From assembly GCA_003971905.1 (NCBI GenBank), contig RSEE01000002.1, positions 310,001 through 374,000 of the forward strand: DNA of 64,000 nucleotides, given 5' to 3'. Under the pieces are notes generated by a model. It had not been told where the DNA came from. It saw only the letters and a list, made by a program, of their open reading frames with translations, and did not search any database. Position numbers and translations under genes: made by a program. The DNA is from Moniliella sp. 'wahieum' (taxonomy: Eukaryota). Below are positions 11,863-22,044 of this stretch, in pieces (the first letter of the stretch is position 1; each line of letters begins with the position of its first letter).

Positions 11863-11885
11863 TCAAGCTTCAAGCTTCAAGCTTC
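11863..11885. repeat. (TCAAGCT)n array, reverse orientation of the 10480 array
   Basis: tcaagcttcaagcttcaagcttc. Confidence 0.85.
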
Positions 11886-12249
11886 CGATGATATGCTGTG
11901 AGATCTGTGAGAGGGTTGCAGTGATAGGGTTCCCCTGTAGGGGCCCTCGCTTTTTTATAGTTTCTTTGTCTTAGCCTTAAGCTCTGCCAACGACATGGCT
12001 ATAGTATAGCTGCAGACAGACTCATTCTGCGCGCAGCCCCTCCCCCGTTCTCTTTGTTCCGGTTCGCTTCTCTTGCTCCTGTCTGTCACGGGCCTAACTA
12101 TAGCGATGCTGGCCATGGGTAATGGGGACGATAGTCCAGAGCTAAGGAGAGCTAGACCTATGGTCGTGATAGGCTCCGGGCTCGGAGGCCAGTGGAAGCT
12201 CGTGGAAGGTCCGGGACGCACTGCCCCCATATGCACTGTGTGTATCGGA

Positions 12250-13800
12250 CCACGTGTCACTGAGATGATCGATGATGGCCGATATGGGCTCTTCTGGACC
12301 ACGGTGGCGCTCAACACTGTCCCTACTTGCTACAGCACGCGGAGATCCTATGGATCAGCTGCAAAGCAGCCTTCTGACATAAAGGTATGAAGGCAACGTG
12401 GTGAGCCACACAATTCTTCAAGCAACGTGTCTGAAGGGAAGGAGACAGGAGAGAGAGATGAGGAAGATGGTGCGGCAGGGGGTGTGCTACCAGAGGAACT
12501 CTTCCGTCCGCTTATACGCGAGCGTCATGGATCAACTTGAGTGCCGCAACGGGCAGAGAAATTCCTGTGGCCCTATACTCACCAGCACCACTGAGAGGCT
12601 CAGTATCATGCTCACCGGTTCTGGAAGGACTCGTGGCTAACCACATTGCTTTTCTTCTCGCACGTCCTAAGCTGATTTCTCGCGTGTTTCCTCCCTACTA
12701 GTCGCACTCTGTGGTCCAACAAGCTGCAGTCCATATAGTCAAGCACACAAAGGTTCGGACTGATGGAGCAGCTCAGCAACAGAGCCTCTCTCAATGCATA
12801 TCACAGGTTTCTCCCGTTTTCAACTCCACAAAAAACATATGTAAGACGAGTAAAGAACATACCAACACACTCCCTTAGTTTGAGGCATATAGCCTTTGTT
12901 GTGTGACTCTTGTGTACGAGACCAGAGAGCTAGCAGTTCATGGTGCATTGCATTGCACGTGAGCTACAGAGGCTAAAGAGAATATTCCTGCCCTCCAGGA
13001 AGGAATGTTGGAAGGAATCCACCGGAAGGAAGACCCGGGCATGGGCTACGGGCGCCACCTCACCAGCGTGGTACCCCCATGACTGCCACACATTCGCACT
13101 GATTCTGTCCCATTTTGTGCTTTCCTCTCAATCACCACTCTTCTGCCATTATAACCCAGCGGGAGTCTATGGAGGAAATCACCCTCACATGTGCATTTTT
13201 TGCTGCTCCCCCTCGATGATACGATCCAAGCCACAGGCCTAAGCTAGAGTTGAACATGCATATCTCCAAGCGTTCTTGCAGAAGAAGTGGTGTTGCCCAA
13301 GGGGCCACGGAGCTGATGTACCTGCTTGTGGATGAGAGAGGACGGGGGCATCCACATATCTCGAGTACGGCATTATCCGTTCCCTTGCTGAAACATCCGC
13401 ATTCCTCGCGGCAAGCACTGGGTTGATGTCAAGAGACGCACAGCGTCACCTTCATCCGCCCGCCCTTACCGGAGCTTGACGAGAAAGATCACCACCCCGC
13501 AGCCAAGAGCCGTGAGCTCGCTGGCCAGCAGGCTCGGATTGTTGGTCTCCCCCAGCAGCTCCGTGCCCTGTGCCGTTCCTCGCGCCGCAAGTGCAACCGT
13601 GGTCTCATGTTGTTTTGCTGTTGAGCACATCTTTTGTCCTTTGCACCCGCATCCACATGTTGTGAAGTGGAAGGAACACGGAAAAAGCGAGATGCTCGGG
13701 ATGAAGAATTTGGAAATAGGAGCGAGATCGTCAGGGCCAAACTATGACACGCTACATCCGTTTGTTTGGAAGCAAAATGTCGGGCGCCATAGAGTCCTGA
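12250..13800 (+). pseudogene. Possible decayed gene or transposon remnant, unidentified
   Basis: Protein-like plus-strand stretches interrupted by in-frame TGA, e.g. EGKETGERDEEDGAAGGVLPEELFRPLIRERHGST*VPQRAEKFLWPYTHQHH*EAQYHAHRFWKDSW; no recognisable domain. Confidence 0.25.
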
Positions 13801-14599
13801 GGCCTGGCCTCTGATCTGCTGGCGGCCCCACGAGGTTCCTAATTGGGTTTGACACCAACAAGCAGGACATGCTGGATGAGCGAACCGGTTAGTGTAAGGC
13901 GCCTTTTTTGTCCCAGCCTTTACGCGCGTATGAAGGGAGTGTTCGGGGTCAAACAGGTGATATCACCGGCACTTGCTATGGCATGCAGGTCAGGGCAGGT
14001 CAATATGGTCCTCCATCTGCATCAGATCTCAGAGGATCTGAGATGAGCGTCACGCGCGTCACGTATTATTGTACGGCATGCTGGCAAGGGCGTGAAGTTT
14101 GAAGGCCAGGTTCTCGGCCTTGAGCTTGAAACCTGTTGAGCAATTTGGGCCGTCAATCGTGCTTCTACGGCTCGGGAAGCAGTCTGGGGAAATCCTCCCT
14201 GGTAGATGTGTTAGGTGCGGTGCGAGCGCTGGCCCCACTGCGCGTGTAGCTATTCGTGGTTCCGGCAGGCATGACGGTGTCGTGCCGGTCCGACTTGGAG
14301 GCGAGCTGATAGCAAGAGACATCGTGTGGACGCCGGCCTGGGGCGAAATACCATGCACATGGTGTGGCGGAACGGCGCGCGGCGGCGGAACGGGGGGTGC
14401 GGCGCAACGGCCGCACGGGGGCAGTGGCCTGCGCGACACCCGCCGTCCCAGGTGGCGGCAGATGCGCCTGACGGAGCAGGCGGACGGGCGCCCAGGCTGT
14501 CTCGTCACGGGCTGGACGCAGCCACAGTGCCTCTCCCCACCATCGCCACCCGACCCCCCACCTCCCCTTCTTCCTCGCTCCCCCCATCATTGCTTCACC

Positions 14600-15335
14600 A
14601 TGTCTGGTGTCATGCCCGCCCAGTTTTTGCGAGAGTACAAGTTGGTCGTCGTCGGAGGCGGCGGTGTGGGCAAGAGTGCGCTGACGATTCAGTTCATCCA
14701 GTCCCACTTTGTTGACGAGTACGACCCCCCATCGAGGACTCCTACCGCAAGCAGTGTGTGATTGACGACGAGGTGGCCCTCCTCGACGTGCTTGATACGG
14801 CCGGGCAAGAAGAGTACTCGGCCATGCGGGAACAGTACATGCGCACCGGAGAGGGCTTCCTTCTGGTCTACTCTATCACCAGCCGCAATTCGTTTGACGA
14901 GATCTCGCTCTTTCACCAGCAGATTCTCCGTGTCAAGGACAAGGACCGCTTCCCTGTCGTTGTTGTTGCCAACAAATGTGACTTGGAGTACGAGCGGCAA
15001 GTCGGATCGCATGAAGGCCGCGAGTTGGCCAAGGTATTTGGTTGCCGCTTTACCGAAACGAGCGCTAAGCAACGCATCAACGTGGACGAGGCCTTCTACA
15101 ATCTTGTTCGCGAGATCCGCCGCTTCAACCGCGAGCAAGGCGCGGGCCATGCCGGACTGTCTGCCGCGGCGGGCACTGGGTATGGCGCTGGCTCGGGCGC
15201 TGGCGCGGGTACCGGCGCCGGGGCAGGGGCTGGCGGACCAACCCAGTCGGGGGCCGGGATAGCTGGAGGGATGCAGCACATGCACACTGACGATGGCCAG
15301 CACAGCTCTGGCTGCTGCGGGGGGTCATCCTTTAA
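14600..15335 (+). CDS. RAS1: Ras GTPase (Ras1 type), intronless; frameshifts near 14725 and 15320
   Basis: [35 protein letters not shown](T)[46 protein letters not shown]; Gly/Ala-rich linker; GCCGG then GTC ATC CTT TAA (VIL*), the expected CAAX remnant. Confidence 0.97.
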
Positions 15336-15857
15336 CCTCAGGCATGGCTTGTGTACTTAGCTGCACCCTGGCTCTGCCCCTTGCATCTCCCTGCGGTTTG
15401 TCTATCTCGTCCAAAAGACTGTCGTGCTTACTCGGGAAGCCTTTCAACCCTTCTGAGCACATGGCCCCAACCTCTCCTCTCGCAGGGATGACTGGCTCCC
15501 GCGCCTCGCCTGTATACCACCCCTCCTTGCGCTCCTGAAGCTTGGCTCATTGTACCTGTTTTTCTCTTCATGGCACCCCTCGTCCGGAAGCTAGTTTATT
15601 GTTCTGCTGGCCCTCTAGACCATCCTGTTCTTCTCATCTTTCCTTTTTTGTTCACCTTTTGTCTGTTCGGGAATGGAACCCCCTGCCAATTGCCGGTCTC
15701 GAGTGCTGTCCATCCTTACCTAGTGAAGCCGAGTGAAGATGATGTTCGAGGGGCGTGATTCGTGATTAGCCTTCGCCTAGTATGGTTTTGCACCTGTATC
15801 GAGTATCATCGAGCCAAGCCAGAAACGAAGCGGACATCCCATACGCATAATTGCCCT

Positions 15858-15907
15858 CTAGCTTGAAGCTTGAACTTGCAGCTTGGAAGCTTGAAGCTTG
15901 AAGCTTG
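15858..15907. repeat. (TGAAGCT)n array upstream of EMC3
   Basis: ctagcttgaagcttgaacttgcagcttggaagcttgaagcttgaagcttg. Confidence 0.85.
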
Positions 15908-16047
15908 GTCGTGTTTCCCAGTAAGACGGCTGCTTATATAATCCACCCCGCATCCTCCGCCCTCCACGCCGACGCTTGGTGGGCCCAGCTTGATTTGTAG
16001 CCAATCCTCCTCGACCACCGCAGCTGCATCCCTACCCGCCATCCAAC

Positions 16048-16984
16048 ATGGCCGGCTCCCCTGTTCCTGTGGGTGTGCGGAGCAGGACTTTTCCTTGACT
16101 CGTCCATTCGGACTGGGTTCTCATCCCCATTACCATCGTCATGGTCCTGGTGGGCGTGTTGCGGAGCAATGTGCTGCAACTGCTACAGAGCGCACCCAAG
16201 CGCGGCCAGTTGTCCAAGATCCGCGAGCAACGGGTCCTGATCCGCTCCCAGGCCCTTCAATCCAACCTTTTCTACCTACCCCCTGACGTCTTTCTAGCCC
16301 GTCGCCAGGCCCTTCTCGACTCTTTTACCAATGGCGACTACCTTCCTTCCTCGGACGAGGGCAAGACGGACGAGCCCAAGAACCCCATGGAAGCCGCCAA
16401 CATGGACGGCATGATGGGCATGCTCAAAAACAACATGGTTATGATGGTACCTCAGACAGTAATCATGGGTGGATCAACTTTTTCTTCAACGGCTTTGTAT
16501 TGAGTATGCTTCACTCCCTCAGTGCCCGTCGTAGACTACGACTGACCCTCCCCCTCAAGCTAGGTTGCCTTTCCCGCTCACATTACGCTTTAAGCCTATG
16601 ATGCAGCGTGGTATTGATACACCCGATATGGACGTCGCTTGGGTCTCGAGCTTGTCGTGGTACTTCCTTAACCTGTTTGGCTTAACTGCGGTTTACCGCC
16701 TAGTCCTCGGGGACGATGCAGCTATGGCCGAGGGAGCTCGGGATATGGCCTCCATGGGTGCCATGTCGGCCGGGGCAGGTGGGATGCCAGCAATGCCTGG
16801 TGCCGCTGGCCCGGACGCTGCCAAGCTGCAAGCAGGAGAAAAGGACAATCTTTCCATCGCTGCCGCCCCGACGCTAGCAGCGTTGGGAGCGATGGCGCGT
16901 GCGCCTTCGCTTGGAGAACCGCGACCACGTGCTTGGGCAGGTGATGGGATTGAGGATCGGGTGCTGGCACTGTATGAGGACTAG
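16048..16984 (+). CDS. EMC3: ER membrane protein complex subunit 3; intron 16504-16563
   Basis: LDSSIR(D)[94 protein letters not shown]. Confidence 0.95.
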
Positions 16985-17081
16985 TAGTTAGTCCAACGGC
17001 ACTTGTAACAATTCCATCTACGTGACAAAGGGGCAATGGGAGCACAAGGTAGCTTGCATTTTTGGAGAAGACGGGGTGGAC

Positions 17082-17666
17082 TTAAACCAAGTGCTTTCCG
17101 CTTGTCTCGGGCGTCGTTGCCTTCTGCGTCCGGGCCAAAAGATCGTTCGCCGAGTCCTTAGCAAAGGAGCTGGCCTTAGCCGCTGCCTGCTTTGTCACAT
17201 CTTCAGCTTCTTGAACTGCATCCACTGCCTTGACAGTCCCTGTCGTTGTCGCGCCCGCGACAGTGGGGAAGGCCGCGTCTACTATGGGCTTGGCCACCGG
17301 TGCCGCACCGGGTGCTTCCTTCAGGGGTGGCCACGATTGGGACCGAAGGCACCAGCCTCACCCCGGGCAGAGCAGTCGGTTAAAGCTGCGCTCACAATCG
17401 GTCCAGCTTTGCCCAATACCAAAGCCGGTGCCAATCCAGACGGGCCACGCGCGACCTGGCGACCAAGCAGGTCAGTACCTCAATCAGCCTGAGGGGAACA
17501 CTCGATGTGGAGAGGGGGGCATACGTTTGAAGAACACAACTGACGCAAGAACGCCGGCTGAGAAGGAGAGGCCAGTGGAGACAAGTGCATTGCTTAGACA
17601 GACATCGGCCTTGTAGCGCACAATGTCCTCGGACGGAATGGTCGGGGGAACCTCAACGCCGGACAT
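17082..17666 (-). CDS. MIC10: MICOS subunit Mic10 with C-terminal extension; intron 17456-17524
   Basis: PSEDIVRYKADVCLSNALVSTGLSFSAGVLASVVFFK|RRAWPVWIGTGFGIGQSWTDCERSFN (KRR between the two TM segments, GxGxGxG motif); GTATGC..ACTGAC..CAG intron. Confidence 0.92.
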
Positions 17667-17956
17667 ACTTGAGCTTGAGCCGGAGGTGGTGGGGAATGAT
17701 GAGCGCCAAGCGATGATGAGCCTACCTGGCTGGCTTCAGAGCTTCAGCTAGCCCTGGGCTGTACTTCCAGCGCTCAAGCTTGAGATCAAGCGTCAGTACT
17801 CCGTTGCGCTTCCGGCCATTCCCGATGACCTAATAGGTCGTAGGTGCACTCTGGCCTAACCCAGGTCTTCACGCGCTTCGTTTTGAAAGCCAACACACTA
17901 AGACCGTCCTTCTTCCGCATGGCATTTTCACTCAGTTGCATCGGGAAAAGCAAAAA

Positions 17957-18049
17957 TGACGAGAGTGGGATTCGAACCCACGCCCGGAGGACTGCGGTTA
18001 GGGTTTACAAACACCTTAACACAGCGCTTGACCACTTCGCTATCTCGCC
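17957..18049 (-). tRNA. tRNA-Leu(AAG) with 16-nt intron (17998-18013)
   Basis: GGCGAGA/TCTCGTC acceptor stem; CTGTG-TT-AAG-G[intron]C-CGCAG anticodon arm; GTGGG-TTCGAAT-CCCAC T-arm; TTTTT terminator directly downstream. Confidence 0.9.
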
Positions 18050-19092
18050 TTACGTCCATAAACAGAATCATTGGCATCAGTAGCGCCAGCAGGACGACAT
18101 CCTTACCGAAGCTCTCATACGAAAGGAGGATGTGTAGAATTGAACTGACCACCCGGCCTTCTTTCTTCATCATCCTCTGATGAGTATAAGCGTTCCTGCC
18201 TCGGGTATGGTCTGTAAGTGACCATCACCATCTTCAGTCGCCTCGCACGAACCCAATGCATTCTTATTGGGCTCACAGGGAGAAGAGGATTGGGGACGAC
18301 CACACTATTATGATACACTACACCCTCTCTCCACATGGTCCCGGGTTAGTTGACTTCTATTGTAACTTAAGGGGACCTGAGTCCGAACCGCCTCTCACTT
18401 CTGTCAGCGACGGCCAGGGCCGTGCCCGTGCGACCGCCCCCTCGATTATATTCACGCTACCAACAACTGGATGGCCGGTATTTGGGCTGGTCAACCAGTT
18501 TACTACGTTCATATCTCAGTCTTACAGTTTCGGCATAGATAGCAACAGCAGCGTTGCTGGATGCGAGAGAGAAGCAAGAGTCGAATGTATGTAGCAAGGG
18601 CGTGCGCTCAGCTATGGCAGCGGCCAAGGCTGGTAGATGCCCACCAATGAATCGCTCCCCGCCCTGTCTACTGCCCCGCTGAGCCAGGGCTGGCAGGGAT
18701 TGCCTTTTCCAGGATTCTGAGCGCGCGCCCTCTCGGTCACACTTGGTTCTGGTGAGAACCACCACACGCCCTCGTCAAGCCGCTGACAAAAGCAACTTGT
18801 GCGGAGCTTGGGCCTTCGGTCTTTGTTGGGATCGATCCACGTGGCGCATCGGGTGCCCTCACACCAGTTTCCATACCCGTCACGCTCGCTGTCCTTGCCT
18901 TCATGGCGCCTGGGGATGAGTGACAGAAATCATTGGCTCGCAGTGAACAAGCGGGTGCTCGGTCATGGTCATGGCTCTGTGGTGATCGTGCATGCAACAC
19001 ATAAGGTACGAGGTAAGCCATACCACACCAGGGGGAGAGGGGGGGTATCATCGTCACGATGTGTCGCGCTCACCAGGTCATGGTCTTGGCAA

Positions 19093-19935
19093 TTACGATT
19101 GCGTCTGGATCGCATTCACTAGCCTAGAACAACCCGGTCAGTGCTTGGCGCAGTGGGGTGAAGGGGCGAGAGGGGCGTACCAGTCCATCCCTCTTCGATT
19201 CCGGTTCCCTCGGTTGCGACAGTTGGCACAATCGTCCAACTGCGGTCACGTAACGTGTGGAGCGCCAGAGCATCCGAGACCTCCGCCGGAGAGGCAGCCC
19301 CGAGAGATCTTGCTTGTTGGCGAGGACAAGAAGCTTGGCGCTGCGTAACTCGTCCGCTTCCAGGAGCGAGTGAAGTTCCCGCTTGGTGATCCCCATGCGG
19401 GCCCGATCTGCCGAGTCCACCACATACACAATGGCTTTAGTCTGATCACTGAAGCAGTGCCAGTAGCTCCTACCTAGGTGTCAATGGGCGCCCACGGAGG
19501 AGGGAGCGGGAGCGGACGGGAGCGTACCTGGTGGAAGCTTGGCCTCCTACGTCCCATATTAAGAGATGAAGTGACTTGTACTGCACCTCCTCGACATTAA
19601 AGCTCACCGCTGGAAGGAGCATGGTAAGGGAGGGGCATCAGTTCAAGGAACGCGGTTGGGGGGGCACACGAGCTTACTTGGTACGACGTGGACATAGGTG
19701 TTGAGTTTGAGCCTGTACAGGATGGTCGTCTTTCCTGCGCTGTGTGGGAAGGGGAGAAGATGATGATTAGTGGGTCATGCCGAGCACTCAGACCTGCTCA
19801 GACTGAGCACTGAGCCGGGCGGGACAGGGGGACCCACCTATCCAAACCTAGCATCATGATCTTGAGCTCTTCCTGGCGCGCCCAGAACATGAGGCTTGTC
19901 ATCCACGTCGACAGCGAGGAAAAAGTGACACCCAT
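19093..19935 (-). CDS. Arf-like small GTPase (Arl1-like, divergent); introns 19740-19837, 19610-19677, 19470-19527 and about 19124-19180
   Basis: MGVTFSSL (Gly2); KIMMLGLDSAGKTTILYRL; PTVSFNVEEVQYK; WDVGGQASTRSYW; AIVYVVDSADRARM; LLVLANKQDL; ends W|LVNAIQTQS*. Confidence 0.9.
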
Positions 19936-20300
19936 CGTGCGGCGGCAGCGGAGAAGGGACGCGGGAGGGCGGGCAGACGAGGCAGCAGAGGGCGGCGTGG
20001 GCAGCGAGTGAGACTGATGCTAGCGATGGCCGACAAAAGCATCGTTTGGCGCGAAACCGGACCGGGGCAGGGCGCGGGGGATGATTAATGATTCCACTCT
20101 GATCGATGATCTCAGACGCCCCCCTCAGGCCTCAGGCCTCAGGCACGGAGCGTGGACGTCCCTACAATTTCAATTCCAGCGGTCGCGTGATCGGTGCAAT
20201 GGGCGTGCGGCACGCCGCTGCGCCTCGACCAGTGCACCAACACAACAAACATGCCCGCCACTCGCGCCCCACCCCGCTTCTCTCCCCGGCTGGACCGACC

Positions 20301-21083
20301 ATGTCAAGCCCCAGCTTCCTCTCTCCAACCGCCGAAGCCAGCGGAACAGCAGCCGCAGAGCAGCGCAACAGGCAAAACCGGCGCAAACCCCGGGCATCGT
20401 CGACGGTCTACACCTCCTTTAGCCCCAAGCAAATCGCCGGATTCAAAGAAGCCTTTGCCCTGATCGACACCGACTCGGACGGCCTCATCTCCACTTCCGA
20501 CGTGGGCACCATGCTTTCAAATCTTGGTACGTGAATTTGTGGGGTAGTGGGCCGATCTGACACAAATGCAGGTATGGACGCGTCCCCGGCCGCAGTGGGG
20601 CGGTACATGACGACGGGGTTGACCAGCACGCAGTCCTCCGGACAGCAGACGATCAACTTTACTCAATTCCTGACCATGTTTGGGGAACACCTGTCCTCTC
20701 TTGATGAAGCATCGGAACTGATGGATGCCTTTTCGTGCTTTGATGAACATGACGAGGGCTTGAGTGATGCAGCCGAGCTGCGCTATTGGCTCAAGGAGGT
20801 TGGTGATCGCATGACGGATGAGGAGGTACGTCCGGCTTGTTCCCACTTATTTTCTTCTTTTTCAAACAGGAACCATAGCGCGGCTAACTTGTTCCTGGTG
20901 GCATGCTATTTCCAGATTGACCGATTGCTGAGCGCGCCTTTCATGGACCGCGCAGGACGCAAGTTTGACTACACGGCCTGTACGTTGTGCTTTCGTTGGC
21001 CTGGGCTGCCTGTATTCGAGAAACTAACGTCTTGCGCAGTCGTTGAGGCAGTTAAGATGTCAGAGCCGGCCGAATTGGAGTAG
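20301..21083 (+). CDS. Myosin regulatory light chain (EF-hand); introns about 20527-20571, 20826-20915 and 20980-21039
   Basis: RKPRASSTVYTSFSPKQIAGFKEAFALIDTDSDGLI; INFTQFLTMFGEHL; LMDAFSCFDE; ELRYWLKEVGDRMTDEE|IDRLL; KFDY. Confidence 0.93.
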
Positions 21084-22044
21084 ACTGGTATGCACTGTGC
21101 GCTTTGGTTGTAGCCATCAGGCCTCTCAGGCCGACCTTACAATGTACATTACGCCTGTTTGATCAGTTTCGCATGCAAACGGGAGGTTACGAGACAGCTG
21201 AGACCTACAGAGGCCTGGAACGCAGGACGGGAGCGGTGAAAGAGGGAAGTTGAAGTGCCGGGCTTTGGCAAGTATCGCGGCAGGACGGAAGCATGCTCTG
21301 CCCATTCGCGGAGATGTGGCTCCCCACCATACAACGTGGATCGGGAGGCGGAGGCGCGCGGATAACATCTGGGGGCGGGGGTAGCGATCAAGCTAGACTA
21401 CCTTCGGACACCCTGCTCTCATCTCTTCTCTCACTTCCCCCTCGGCTTTTCTTACACCAGAGTGCCTTCACCGGCACCTATTTTCCTTCCACCAGTCGCG
21501 TGTACATCGACGACACCAACGGGACCTATCCGGGCCAGATCGTGGACCTAGGGCTTGGTGGTGTTGTTGGCGGGCTACTTTTCTCTGCGGAGTGACGGCC
21601 AGATGAGCAAAGGGACCCAGGACGGTTGCACCGCATCCAGCTCTGTGCTCCCTCGGGTGGGCGGGGGTGGAATCCAGTTCGATTGTGGTAGGGGGGGACT
21701 CGAACAGGGATACCAAGTGTTGGGTGTTGAACTCGTGATGAGTAGAAGTGAAAAAGGGAATAGGCCGCAGTTGACCACTGATGCGAGAGGAACCTAATGG
21801 GACAGGCATGGTGCACCTCACGTCTCATGCTTCCTCAGGCCTATACTCTAGCTGAGAGTGCGAATAGATATCTACGACCGACTGGTTTACCATGCCATCC
21901 CCTCCGCCCTCTCCCCTCCACACCGTTATTCCACAGCAATACAGAAACAGGATGGGTTCAACAAACGCTCAATACACAAGACAAACCAAACCGAATATGA
22001 AAACTCGAAGGTCTCAAGGTGGGGGTACGCCCACGGGGGGGATC

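Noticed and set aside
10481..11885. 23-bp perfect inverted repeat (GAAGCTT array versus its reverse complement) suggesting a 1.4-kb MITE or foldback element
   Set aside because: No target-site duplication, and the same simple array occurs in both orientations throughout the window, so the inversion is expected by chance.
18111..18192. Hammerhead-ribozyme-like core: ATAC-GAAA...CTGATGA-GTAT with plausible stems II and III
   Set aside because: The segment that must form stem I (TCTTCATCATCCT) has no G and cannot hairpin, and the competing GAGGATG/CATCCTC pairing disrupts the core. An Infernal search would settle it.
18695..18715. TGCCTTTTCCAG resembling U5 snRNA loop 1
   Set aside because: Lacks the invariant A of GCCUUUUAC, and there is no flanking stem or Sm site.
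20070..20125. Possible C/D-box snoRNA (ATGATTA...CTGA...ATGAT...CAGA within a G/C stem)
   Set aside because: Too short, boxes imperfect, no recognisable rRNA guide; explained by the TGA-N4-TGA units.
21100..22040. Short ORFs between the convergent myosin light chain and kinesin-5 genes
   Set aside because: No recognisable domain, splice pattern or RNA motif; probably UTR or intergenic sequence.
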